NCBI GenBank assembly: GCA_934277945.1
Contig: CAKQWA010000002.1
Span: 98,410-162,409 of the forward strand
Direction: 5' to 3'
Length of the DNA stretch: 64,000 nt
Source: an uncultured Alphaproteobacteria bacterium
Lineage (GTDB): Bacteria; Pseudomonadota; Alphaproteobacteria; CAAGCB01; CAG-977
The translations under genes were made by a program, and so were the position numbers. The notes under the pieces are model-generated. The model was not told the DNA's origin. It saw only the letters and a list, made by a program, of their open reading frames with translations, and did no database searches. This document shows, one piece after another, positions 9,067-18,165 of this stretch. How positions within the stretch are numbered: the stretch's first letter is position 1; every line of letters begins with the position of its first letter.

Positions 9067-11210
9067 TTCGCCCCCTTTTCAAAAGACAGACGGACGGACT
9101 TCACGTCGGACGCTTTCACGTTCTTAAAATAAATCGGCGTGACATACTGTTGCGGATTGGCGTTGACGCGCGGAACAAAAGCGACGGCGATTTTGCCTTT
9201 CGTTTCAAATTTCGACACGCCGAACAGAATCTTCTGCGTAATTGTCCGCCCGTTTTTCAGCGTGATTTCAATGACAAGCAAACGCTCTTTTTCATTCGGC
9301 ACGGACGTGTCGATCGCCAATTCCTTGGGCGCGATCAGCACGTGCGCGTCGGCATCCGTATCGGTGTTCGCCCGCGCGGCGTCTTTCAAATCCTCCAACA
9401 GCCAGACGGAACTGACGTCCTGCTTGTACGAGCGTTTTTCCATAATCGTTTCATAGTTTTTATCAACGCCCGCTTCGATTTCGTACGTGACGGTACGCTT
9501 TGGCAGTTCGTAGGACACGGCGCAGCGCTGATTCAGTTTCGGAGGCACTTTTTTCGCGCATTTCGGCACTTTTTTCCAAGAACATTTTTTCTCCATAATC
9601 GGCGTGTTGCCGTACCAGTGCTTTTCTTCGCCGACTTTCACGTCCCTGCATTCCTGCTTTTTCGTGTACGATTGTAGCAGGCAGTGCTTTTCGGTCGCGC
9701 CGGCGCACTCAAAAAGGATGTCGCCGCTTTTTTCCTTGAATTCAAGCACTTTTGCCAATTTCAGCACTTCTTTGACAAACAGGTTTTCGTACGCCGCGCC
9801 GTCAAAGAAAACGCGCGCGTAAACAACCAGATTGTCGCCGTCCTGCGCGTACGAAACCGCCGCCCGCAACAGATTGTCCGTGTAATCCCACTTCATCAGC
9901 GCTTTGACGTAATCGTTCAATTTCGCGGCGTTCGGAATGACGGGTCTTGTTTTGGGCAAAAGCGTCAGTTCAAATTCGTGATTCTTGTCCGTCAGCGGCG
10001 TGGCGACGTTGCGTTTCGCGCGCTTTTTCACGACCGGCGCGGGAATGTCGGCAAGCGGCGTTTCCTTGTCCAACAGCACAATGCCGGCGTAATCGGAATC
10101 TTTGGACAGAGAGGCGTGCACGGGCGCGGTTTGCCCGCCAACCGCCGTAAATTCGCCCTTTTCCTCCAAATATCCCGCTTTGTAGATTTTATAGGCGTGC
10201 CGTCCGCGCGCGATTTCCTTTTTCAGCGGTTTCGCGCCCGTTTCGCCGATTTTTTCGCCGTCAACGAAAACCGAAGCCCCTTGCGGCAGGGACGTAAAGG
10301 ACGCGAACGCGGATTTTTCGGTCATTTGCGCCATAAAAGTTTTGTTGTCGTCTTCGCGAGTCAACCCCGACAAAGACAGCGCGTATTCGTAAAATTCGTC
10401 GTTTTTCAGCACAATCGTATTATCGGTGTCCAGCCGGATTGTCAGCGTGCGGGGCGTATCGCCCTGCTTGACGCCGTTCAGGAAGATTTGCGCGTCCTCG
10501 CCGCCCGCCGTTTCGACATTGACGCGGATTTTGGCGACTTCCAACTGCGCGACGACCGCCGTCGTCTGTTTTGTTTCCACGGAGATTTTCTTGGAAAAGC
10601 GTTTGTAAAGCGGGTGGTCGATTTCCAAAACGTGCTTGCCGTTTTCCCAGTTGATTTTGACGTTGGATTTGTTTTGCGACACCAGTTGCCCGTCAATGTA
10701 AACGGACGCGTCGCGCACGGGGAACGTCGTCAAATCGACCACTCCCGAAGACGAACTGCGCACGCCCGCACTGTCTTTTTTCTCCGGCTTTTTTTCTTTC
10801 AGGCGTTTCTTTTCCGCCGCGATTTCCTTTTTGGAATACGAGCAAAGCACCCACGCCTCCCACGCGGTTTTGCCTTTCAGCGTGTACGTTTTTTCCGCCC
10901 TGAATCCGACCAGACGCGCCGCCATTTTCTCCGTCGAGTGCGCCGCCAGATCAACGGCGGACAAATCTTCGTACACGGACTGAAAATACTCGAACTCCAT
11001 ACCGAAATTGTCGGTAATGGCGCGTTTGACGGCGTTTGTTTCCGCGCCGTCCGACGCTTCCTTGCGCGTCTTGCCGTTCGCGTATCCGACGTAATACTTC
11101 GCCGTCGCGGAATCTTTGGGGACGCTTTCGACCCAAGCGGGCGCTTCGGCGGCGGCAAAAGCGGCGGGCGAAATCAACAAACTTAAAAACAGGGCTAAAA
11201 CGACTGACAT
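9063..11210 (-). CDS. secreted multi-PEGA-domain protein (about 715 aa from the Met of MSVVLALFLSLLISPAAFAAAEA)
   Basis: Signal peptide at the chosen start 11210; the ORF track start at 11378 adds an unlikely 56-aa extension. Three PEGA-like repeats (DASVYIDGQLVSQNKSN, DAQIFLNGVKQGDTPRTLTI, GASVFVDGEKIGETGAKPLK), an LPP20-like N-terminal domain, and a ~330-aa C-terminal region of unknown function. Confidence 0.65.
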   Translation of the reverse strand: MSVVLALFLSLLISPAAFAAAEAPAWVESVPKDSATAKYYVGYANGKTRKEASDGAETNAVKRAITDNFGMEFEYFQSVYEDLSAVDLAAHSTEKMAARLVGFRAEKTYTLKGKTAWEAWVLCSYSKKEIAAEKKRLKEKKPEKKDSAGVRSSSSGVVDLTTFPVRDASVYIDGQLVSQNKSNVKINWENGKHVLEIDHPLYKRFSKKISVETKQTTAVVAQLEVAKIRVNVETAGGEDAQIFLNGVKQGDTPRTLTIRLDTDNTIVLKNDEFYEYALSLSGLTREDDNKTFMAQMTEKSAFASFTSLPQGASVFVDGEKIGETGAKPLKKEIARGRHAYKIYKAGYLEEKGEFTAVGGQTAPVHASLSKDSDYAGIVLLDKETPLADIPAPVVKKRAKRNVATPLTDKNHEFELTLLPKTRPVIPNAAKLNDYVKALMKWDYTDNLLRAAVSYAQDGDNLVVYARVFFDGAAYENLFVKEVLKLAKVLEFKEKSGDILFECAGATEKHCLLQSYTKKQECRDVKVGEEKHWYGNTPIMEKKCSWKKVPKCAKKVPPKLNQRCAVSYELPKRTVTYEIEAGVDKNYETIMEKRSYKQDVSSVWLLEDLKDAARANTDTDADAHVLIAPKELAIDTSVPNEKERLLVIEITLKNGRTITQKILFGVSKFETKGKIAVAFVPRVNANPQQYVTPIYFKNVKASDVKSVRLSFEKGAK

Positions 11211-11356
11211 GGTACAAAATCCGGCAGTAAAAAACCGTTTGAGTATAGACCGATTTTCATACGCGGGCAACCGTATATAATCAAAAACGCGTCCCCGATT
11301 TCCCAGCTTAAAAAATCCGCGCATTCGTGGTGCAATAATAAAAAAAGGAGGCGCAA

Positions 11357-11665
11357 ATGGTGAATGTTCGTGAAACAAGAAGAATCAACATCCGCGAAAC
11401 AAACGAGGACGTGTTCGGACCGCCCGTCAATCCGCACGAAACCGCGCAATTCGTGAAAGACAAAATCGACGTGTTCACAATGAACGCGCCCGCCATGGTC
11501 GAAAAACTGCTGAAAGACGCGGAGGGCAACGCGGCTTTGGCTTTGCACCGGCTGATGCGGCATATGCACAACGTCGCGGCGGGAACGGCGCTGAACACGG
11601 CGTCGCTGAAACTGGCGAAAATCCGTTTGGAAGAAATGACGAAACAGGTTAAAAGAAAACCGTAA
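11357..11665 (+). CDS. hypothetical protein (102 aa)
   Basis: Strong RBS aaaggagg 7 nt upstream. Protein-like composition. Immediately followed by the cupin gene, suggesting an operon. Confidence 0.55.
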   Translation: MVNVRETRRINIRETNEDVFGPPVNPHETAQFVKDKIDVFTMNAPAMVEKLLKDAEGNAALALHRLMRHMHNVAAGTALNTASLKLAKIRLEEMTKQVKRKP

Positions 11666-11680
11666 CAAACGGAGAAAGCC

Positions 11681-12004
11681 ATGTACAAAAACATCGACAA
11701 GGAAACAGTCTTGAATCTGGCGGAGTTGACGGATTATCAGGACGGGCAGATCGTCAGCAAAACGCTGGTGCAAAACGAAAAAATCAGCATCACGCTGTTC
11801 GCGTTCGACAAAGGCGAAGAAATCTCGACGCACGAATCGGACGGCGACGCGCTCGTTACCGTGCTGGACGGCACGGGACGCTTTACGGTCGGCGCAAACG
11901 TGTTCGTTTTAAAGCAGGGCGACTCGATTGTCATGCCGCGCCGCCTGCCTCACGCCGTTTTCGCGCAGGAACGCTTTAAAATGCAGTTGACCGTGTCGTT
12001 TTGA
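11681..12004 (+). CDS. cupin-domain protein (107 aa)
   Basis: Cupin-2 beta-barrel motifs (ISITLFAFDKGEEISTHESDGDALVTVLDGTG, GDSIVMPRRLPHAV). RBS ggag upstream. Confidence 0.75.
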   Translation: MYKNIDKETVLNLAELTDYQDGQIVSKTLVQNEKISITLFAFDKGEEISTHESDGDALVTVLDGTGRFTVGANVFVLKQGDSIVMPRRLPHAVFAQERFKMQLTVSF

Positions 12005-12043
12005 CGCATTGTGCTTTTCTTATCGCGCGATTTGACATATAGT

Positions 12044-12077
12044 CCCCGAAAACACTTTCTTTTTCGGGGCTTTTTTT
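12044..12077 (+). terminator. rho-independent terminator directly abutting the next start codon
   Basis: ccccgaaaa-cactttct-ttttcgggg hairpin followed by c + T7, then the ATG at 12078. Confidence 0.75.
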
Positions 12078-13328
12078 ATGAGCATTTTAATTAAAAACGT
12101 TCTTTTAAACGGCGCGCGAACGGATATTCTCGTCAATAACGGACGGTTTGAAAAAATCGGCAAATTGCAGGGCGCGCGTGCGGACGAAATTTTCGACGGC
12201 GAAGACAAGGCGATTCTGCCCGCGTTTTACAATATGCACACGCATTGCGCCATGAACCTTTTGAAAGGCTACGGCGACGACAAAGACTTGTTCGACTGGC
12301 TGTCCGGCGACATCTGGCCCGCGGAGGACAAACTGACCGCGCGCGACATCTACGTCGGCACGAAAGCCGGCATCGCGGAAATGATCCGCTCCGGCACGGT
12401 CGGCTTCAACGATATGTATTTTGAACAGCCCTCGATTATGCAAGCCGCCGCCGAAGCGGGCGTGCGCGCGAAAGTCGCTTTTGTCGAAGTGGACAATTTC
12501 GACGCCAAACAGCGCGACATGAAAATCAAAGGCACGGCGGATTTTCTGGCTCTGCCCGTCCCCGCCCCCGAACGCGTGCAAAAGCAGATCGGCGTGCACG
12601 CGGTTTACACGTCGTCAGAGGAAATGATGGATTTGGCGCGAAAGACCGCGCGCGAAAACGCCATGAGCCTGCACATTCACGCGTGCGAAACGAAAAAGGA
12701 AGTCGACGATTGCTTTGAAAAGTACGGCTGTTCCCCGATCGAACTGTTCGCCAAGCACGGCTTGCTGGGCGAAAACACGGTCTTGGCGCACGCGGTTTGG
12801 GTGAACGACAAAGATATTGAACTGGTTGTCGAAACAAAGACGGTTTTGTGCGCGAATCCGTCGTCGAACCTGAAACTGTGTTCGGGAATCATGCCTTTCG
12901 ACAAACTGCAAAAAGCGGGATGCCGCCTGACGCTCGGCACGGACGGCGCATCGTCGAACAACGCGCTGAATATGCTGTTTGAAATGAAAATGCTGGCGCT
13001 CGCCTCGAAAATTCAAAGCGGCGATCCGAAAGCCGCCAACGCGCAGGACGTGTTCGACGTCGCGTCCAAAAACGGCGCGCGGGCGTTCGGCGTCGACGCG
13101 GGCGAAATCGCCGAGGGAAAAACCGCCGACTGCGTGCTGGTCGATTTGACCAACCCGTTTTTAACCCCGCGCTACAACCTGACTTCAAACATGGTGTACA
13201 GCGCAGACACGTCGTGCGTCGATTCCGTCATCTGCGCCGGCGCGTTCGTCATGAAAAACCGCGTCATCGACTGGGAGCGCGATATTTTAAACGAAGCGCG
13301 CGACATTGCGAACCGCTTGAAAAAGTGA
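12078..13328 (+). CDS. mtaD: amidohydrolase-family deaminase, likely 5'-methylthioadenosine/S-adenosylhomocysteine deaminase (416 aa)
   Basis: HTHCAMN (HxH) metal-binding motif, TIM-barrel amidohydrolase pattern, HIHACET and TDGASSNN motifs. Symbol assigned by family resemblance only. Confidence 0.7.
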   Translation: MSILIKNVLLNGARTDILVNNGRFEKIGKLQGARADEIFDGEDKAILPAFYNMHTHCAMNLLKGYGDDKDLFDWLSGDIWPAEDKLTARDIYVGTKAGIAEMIRSGTVGFNDMYFEQPSIMQAAAEAGVRAKVAFVEVDNFDAKQRDMKIKGTADFLALPVPAPERVQKQIGVHAVYTSSEEMMDLARKTARENAMSLHIHACETKKEVDDCFEKYGCSPIELFAKHGLLGENTVLAHAVWVNDKDIELVVETKTVLCANPSSNLKLCSGIMPFDKLQKAGCRLTLGTDGASSNNALNMLFEMKMLALASKIQSGDPKAANAQDVFDVASKNGARAFGVDAGEIAEGKTADCVLVDLTNPFLTPRYNLTSNMVYSADTSCVDSVICAGAFVMKNRVIDWERDILNEARDIANRLKK

Positions 13329-13329
13329 C

Positions 13330-13791
13330 CTACGGCGCGTCAATGTCGTTTTTCAAACGCTCGACGCTCGGCGTGTTTTTGTAGCGGAGGAATTTGTACC
13401 CCGCTTCGTGAAACACCTCCTCGCTGGTCAATTTTTTCAATTTCTTTTTTTCCTGCGGCGTTTCGTCGAACTTAATCAGGCAAAACGGCGTCAGGGAATC
13501 GTCGCACAAAACGAAATCGACGCGGCAGCCCTGAAAACGCAAAAGCATTCTGGCTTTTTCTTTCGCGTTTTTCTTGCGGCTGTCCAGCAGGTCGCCGTAC
13601 GGAACCTGCGAGAAAATCAACGCTTCGGGATACGCTTCACGCAATCGCTTGAACATATTTTTACGCGACGTCGACAAAAACGTTTTTTTGCACAAACGCC
13701 GCTCGTCTTTCTTTCTGTCGGCGATGCGGTAGTAGATTTCCGACCCGCCGACCACGGCGACAAACACCGCCAGCACACACCATATATACAT
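13330..13791 (-). CDS. DUF2726-like (restriction-endonuclease-fold) membrane-anchored protein (153 aa)
   Basis: Start moved to ATG 13791 (MYIWCVLAVF...), which has RBS aaggagg 6 nt upstream. N-terminal TM helix. Motif RVDFVLCDDSLTPFCLIKFD is typical of the DUF2726/NERD-like fold. Confidence 0.55.
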   Translation of the reverse strand: MYIWCVLAVFVAVVGGSEIYYRIADRKKDERRLCKKTFLSTSRKNMFKRLREAYPEALIFSQVPYGDLLDSRKKNAKEKARMLLRFQGCRVDFVLCDDSLTPFCLIKFDETPQEKKKLKKLTSEEVFHEAGYKFLRYKNTPSVERLKNDIDAP

Positions 13792-13851
13792 GACAGACCT
13801 CCTTTGCGGGAGTTGCACTATATACAGGATACCACAATCGGCGGGCGGATT

Positions 13852-14208
13852 CTATCGGACTTTTTCAAGCACGACGTGATGCGCCGCGTACGGTTCCGAA
13901 AAGCACGGGCAGTAAACGACCAGCACTTCGGCGTTGTCGTCCAGATCGTTCCTTGACGCCGTGTTTTTGGCGGAATCGAAAACGGCAAGCCAGCTGAACG
14001 TCGTGTACGGCGTGATTTTAAAACGCGTTTTCGGATTGGAACCCTCGCCGTCCGGCGCGCGCACGCAAAACGTGCCTTGCGCTTGGTCGATGTCCGACAC
14101 GACGCCGCGCAAACGGCGCATTTTCTTTTTTTCAAACAGTTTGTACGCGCCGAACGCCGTTGTCAGCGCGCCAATCGCCCCGAATACGCCCCATAACAGT
14201 TTTTTCAT
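13852..14208 (-). CDS. small membrane-anchored hypothetical protein (118 aa from MKKLLWGVFGAIGALTTAF)
   Basis: Start chosen at ATG 14208 with RBS agggagg 5 nt upstream. N-terminal TM/signal-anchor segment. Confidence 0.5.
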   Translation of the reverse strand: MKKLLWGVFGAIGALTTAFGAYKLFEKKKMRRLRGVVSDIDQAQGTFCVRAPDGEGSNPKTRFKITPYTTFSWLAVFDSAKNTASRNDLDDNAEVLVVYCPCFSEPYAAHHVVLEKVR

Positions 14209-14290
14209 GCCAACCTCCCTTGTCTGATAAGGAAAGTATAGGCGAAACGGCGGCGCGCGGCGAGCCGTCAAAGCGGTTATAAAGGGTCTG

Positions 14291-16087
14291 TCAGCCGTCC
14301 TGATTTTTCATGAACTGAATGTTGTAGAGCATTTTGTAAATGCCGTCGCGGGACAGAAGTTCGGCGTGCGTCCCCTGATCGACAATCTCGCCCTCGTTCA
14401 TCACGACGATTTTGTCCGCGTCGACAATCGTGGACAGGCGGTGCGCGATGACAAGCACCGTGCGGTTTTTCATCAGTTTTTCAAGCGATTTCTGCACCGT
14501 GTTTTCCGAACGCGAATCAAGCGCCGCCGTCGCTTCGTCCAGCAACAAAATCGGCGCGTCTTTCAGCATCGCGCGGGCAATGGACACCATTTGCCGCTGA
14601 CCGCCCGACAATCCGCCCCCCTGTTCGCCCAACATCGTGTCGTAGCCGTCCTGCGCGCGCATGATGAAATCGTGCGCTCCGGCGGCTTTCGCGGCGGCGA
14701 TCACCTGCTCGTCGGTCGCGTCTTCGCTACCGTAGCGAATGTTGTTCTTAATCGTGTCGTTAAACAAAATGACGTCCTGCGACACATACGCCGTCTGTTC
14801 GCGCAGGCTTTTCAGCGTCACGGATTTGATATCCTGCCCGTCAATCAGAATTTCGCCCGCGTCCGCATCGTAAAAGCGCGGCAGCAGGTTGATCAGCGTC
14901 GTTTTGCCCGACCCCGAATGACCGACGAACGCGACCGTTTCGCCCGCGCCGATTTTCACCGACACGTCGCGCAAAACCTGATGCTCGCCGTCATAGGAAA
15001 ACGACACGTGCCGCACGTCGATTTCCCCTTTCGTCACGACCAGATCTTTGGCGTTTTCCGCCTGCACAATGGCAGGTTTGACGTCCAGCATGGAGAACAG
15101 TCGCTGCATGGACGCGACGCCCATCTGCATACGCATATGCAGATTCGCGACGTTTTTCATCGGCTTGTACGCCGCGACAATCGCCAGCAGGAACACCATG
15201 AAATTGCCGGGGCTCATGTTGCCCTGCATAATCTGATATCCGCCGTAGCCCAGCGTCGCCGCCATCGCGATGCCGCCGAAAAACTCCATCAGCGGACTTT
15301 GAATCGCGCCCAAGCACGCCATGGAAAACGACAGTTTGTTCATTTTGACGATCGTCTTGTCCAACTCGTCGAATTCTTTGTCTTCCATGCAGTACGACTT
15401 GACGATTTTAATGCCCTTGAAACTTTGGGTCAAAAGGTTGAAAAAGCCCTCTCCCGCCTCTTGATTGCGCTTTGTCTTTTTGCGCATTTTGCGCCCGCAC
15501 CAGACGACCGGATACACGCCCAGCGGAAACACGAAAAACACGACGCACGCCATTTCAAGCGACTGAAAAAACATCAAAATGACAAGGAAAATCACCGACG
15601 CGCTGTCTTTGACGAAAGTGGTCAGGCTGTTCAAAACCGCGTCTTTGACCATGGCGACGTCGGACGTGAAGCGCGTAATGATTTCGCCCGTCGTGTGTTC
15701 TTCAAAAAACGCGTTGTCCATGCGAATCAGGCGTTTGAAAATGTCCCGCTGCATATCGGCGATAACGCGGATGGACAGTTTCGTCATGACGACGGACTGC
15801 GAATAGGAAAACACGCCTTTCAAAAAATACAGCGTCAGAATCGTCAGTCCGATCGTTCCCAAAGCCGCGCGGTTCTTGTCGATGAACACTTCGTCGAACA
15901 CGGGTTTGAGCTGGCGCACCAAAAGCGCGTCGAAACTGGCGGCAATCAGCATCAGCACGACCGCGACGACCAGCCAGCGCCACTTGTCCGCCACATAGTC
16001 GCACCAGACGCGGCGGTACATCAGCATACTTTCTTTTGTTAAAGGGGGCAGGTCTTTATTCTTCGACTTTTTTAAAAACATACTCAA
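14291..16087 (-). CDS. ABC transporter, fused permease/ATP-binding protein (MsbA/lipid exporter-like, 598 aa)
   Basis: Six TM segments at the N-terminus; C-terminal Walker A GHSGSGKTT, ABC signature LSGGQRQ and Walker B ILLLDEAT. Confidence 0.9.
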   Translation of the reverse strand: MSMFLKKSKNKDLPPLTKESMLMYRRVWCDYVADKWRWLVVAVVLMLIAASFDALLVRQLKPVFDEVFIDKNRAALGTIGLTILTLYFLKGVFSYSQSVVMTKLSIRVIADMQRDIFKRLIRMDNAFFEEHTTGEIITRFTSDVAMVKDAVLNSLTTFVKDSASVIFLVILMFFQSLEMACVVFFVFPLGVYPVVWCGRKMRKKTKRNQEAGEGFFNLLTQSFKGIKIVKSYCMEDKEFDELDKTIVKMNKLSFSMACLGAIQSPLMEFFGGIAMAATLGYGGYQIMQGNMSPGNFMVFLLAIVAAYKPMKNVANLHMRMQMGVASMQRLFSMLDVKPAIVQAENAKDLVVTKGEIDVRHVSFSYDGEHQVLRDVSVKIGAGETVAFVGHSGSGKTTLINLLPRFYDADAGEILIDGQDIKSVTLKSLREQTAYVSQDVILFNDTIKNNIRYGSEDATDEQVIAAAKAAGAHDFIMRAQDGYDTMLGEQGGGLSGGQRQMVSIARAMLKDAPILLLDEATAALDSRSENTVQKSLEKLMKNRTVLVIAHRLSTIVDADKIVVMNEGEIVDQGTHAELLSRDGIYKMLYNIQFMKNQDG

Positions 16088-17172
16088 ACTTTCAGCAAAA
16101 ACTCTTTGGGGTCTTTCAGGGAAACCTGCGCTTCTTTCATATTTTCGACGGCTTTGTCAAGCAAGTCGTCCGGCGAACAGAACTCGTCGGGACCCGTCTG
16201 CGCCACGCCCATGCAGAACGCCACGCCGTACACGTTGCGTTTGCGGAATTTCTCAATCAGCCGGCGGCAGACTTTCGCCGCGTCTTTCGCGATCGCGTTC
16301 GGCATGATGACGACGAAATCGTCATAGGCGTAGCGGCACAAAATGTCCGTTTCGCGATAAGTGTCCGTCATCGCCGCCGCCATGATGTTCAGCAGGCGGT
16401 CGCCCGCGCGCCGTCCCTGCGCTTCGTTGAATTCGCCGAATTTGTTTAAATCGAAATACACGATCGACACGGGCCATTTGTGACGCTTCCCGTTGCCGAT
16501 TTCGCGATACAGATTGTCGTAAAAGCCGCGCTGGTTGTACAGGTTCGTCAGCGGATCCTTTTGCGTCAGTTCTTCCAGCGATTCGGTCATTTGAAACAGT
16601 TTCTTTTCCAAAGAATCGACATAGTGGCGCAAACGCTTTTCGTCCGTTTTGTCGCGCCCCGCCTCCGCCGCGCGAAAAGCGTCGACGATGACCGCGGTGT
16701 CCAGACGGAAAAAGCGGTCGAACGCCTTGACGGTCAGCAGGGCGTTTTCGCCGTCGCCCATGACGTGCCGGATTTCCGATTCCATTTTTTCCTGAACAAA
16801 CGCCAGAAACGGCATAAAATCTTTCGGATAAATCTCAAAACGGTGGAACAGACGCCCCCAGCGGTCGCGATCCTGAATATGCTCGGCGTCGCACGCGCCC
16901 TCGAAATAATCGCGCAAAAAATCGCGCATTTTCTTAGAAAAGGACTCCGCCGTGTACACTTCGCCCAGCAAGGCGCGCATCCCCTCGAACACGTCGAAAG
17001 CCGTCATCGTTTCCGCCGCCAGTTTGTCAATGCGCGCGAACAGAGCCGTGCGGTTCGTCGACAAAAGCGCAATGTCCGTCGACGACAGATTGAACATCTG
17101 CATCAGTCTGTCAGGTTCCAAAAAAGCGATGGAAACCTTTTCGGAGGGCAGTTCGTTTTCCATTCGATACAA
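16084..17172 (-). CDS. sensor protein with degenerate GGDEF domain (A-site RYAYDDF, I-site RETD intact); probable c-di-GMP binding, non-catalytic
   Basis: C-terminal GGDEF fold (LTNLYNQRGFYDNL...VSIVYFDLNKFGEFN...RETDILCRYAYDDFVVIMPN). N-terminal ~180 aa sensor region of unknown type. Confidence 0.75.
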   Translation of the reverse strand: MYRMENELPSEKVSIAFLEPDRLMQMFNLSSTDIALLSTNRTALFARIDKLAAETMTAFDVFEGMRALLGEVYTAESFSKKMRDFLRDYFEGACDAEHIQDRDRWGRLFHRFEIYPKDFMPFLAFVQEKMESEIRHVMGDGENALLTVKAFDRFFRLDTAVIVDAFRAAEAGRDKTDEKRLRHYVDSLEKKLFQMTESLEELTQKDPLTNLYNQRGFYDNLYREIGNGKRHKWPVSIVYFDLNKFGEFNEAQGRRAGDRLLNIMAAAMTDTYRETDILCRYAYDDFVVIMPNAIAKDAAKVCRRLIEKFRKRNVYGVAFCMGVAQTGPDEFCSPDDLLDKAVENMKEAQVSLKDPKEFLLKV

Positions 17173-17175
17173 TCC

Positions 17176-18165
17176 TTATATAGCCGCCGTCGGAAACGCT
17201 CGTTTCGGATACGCCGCGCGCTTCAAACGGTCGTTGATCGCCAATCCCAAATCGTTCATCGGAACCGGCATGACCGCAATTCCCGTATACTTTTTATTAT
17301 TGTCCAATTTGCGCAAATACGCAAACAAGTTTGCCGCCGCTTCGCGCAAATCGCCCTTTTCGCTTAAATTCAGCACCGCGTCCGGCGCGTGTCCGAAGCC
17401 CAGCAGAGCCTCGCCGCCGCGCGCTTCCGACGCGTTCAGGCGCACCGGCAAAGCGGGCGCGTAGTGCGACAGCATCTGACCGGGGGAACGCGGCAGGGTT
17501 TCGTCTTTTTCGGGACGCAGAACGTCGCCCGCCACGGCGCTCAATTCCTCCACCGTGACGCCGCCCGCGCGCAACAAAACGGGCTTGTCGCCGTCAACCG
17601 CCACGACGGTCGATTCAACGCCCACGCGGCACGGCTCCGCCTGCAAAATCATGTCAATCCGCCCGTTCAGACCGTCGGCGACGTGTTGCGCGGTCGTCGG
17701 ACTGACCGTACCGGAAATGTTGGCGCTCGGCGCGGCGACAGGCACGTCGCACGCCTTTAAAAACGCTCTGGCGGCGGGATGCGCGGGAAAACGAACGGCT
17801 ATCGAATCCAGCCCCGCGCTGACCAGATACGACACGGGCGAATTTTTCTTGCGCGGCAGAACCAGCGTCAGCGGCGCGGGCCAGAAACGCTCCGCCAGTT
17901 TCGCCCCCAGCGGCGTCATTTCCGCAAAAGCGTCAATCTGCGCAATGTCGTAAATATGCACGATCAGCGGATTGAACTGCGGTCTGCCTTTGGCTTCAAA
18001 AATCGACGCGACGGCGGAGTCGTCAAGCGCGTTTGCGCCCAATCCGTACACCGTTTCCGTCGGAAAAGCCACCAGTCCGCCGTTGCGGACGATTTCCCCC
18101 GCCTGCTCGAAAGCCCGCACGGAAACGGGCGTCATCACCGTTTTTTTATTAAAAATCATAGCCAT
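17176..18165 (-). CDS. tsaC: L-threonylcarbamoyladenylate synthase (Sua5/YrdC family, long Sua5 form, 329 aa)
   Basis: YrdC-domain motifs (GGLVAFPTETVYGLGANA, PLIVHI, LVLPRK, VAAPSANISG) plus a C-terminal Sua5 domain. Confidence 0.9.
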   Translation of the reverse strand: MAMIFNKKTVMTPVSVRAFEQAGEIVRNGGLVAFPTETVYGLGANALDDSAVASIFEAKGRPQFNPLIVHIYDIAQIDAFAEMTPLGAKLAERFWPAPLTLVLPRKKNSPVSYLVSAGLDSIAVRFPAHPAARAFLKACDVPVAAPSANISGTVSPTTAQHVADGLNGRIDMILQAEPCRVGVESTVVAVDGDKPVLLRAGGVTVEELSAVAGDVLRPEKDETLPRSPGQMLSHYAPALPVRLNASEARGGEALLGFGHAPDAVLNLSEKGDLREAAANLFAYLRKLDNNKKYTGIAVMPVPMNDLGLAINDRLKRAAYPKRAFPTAAI

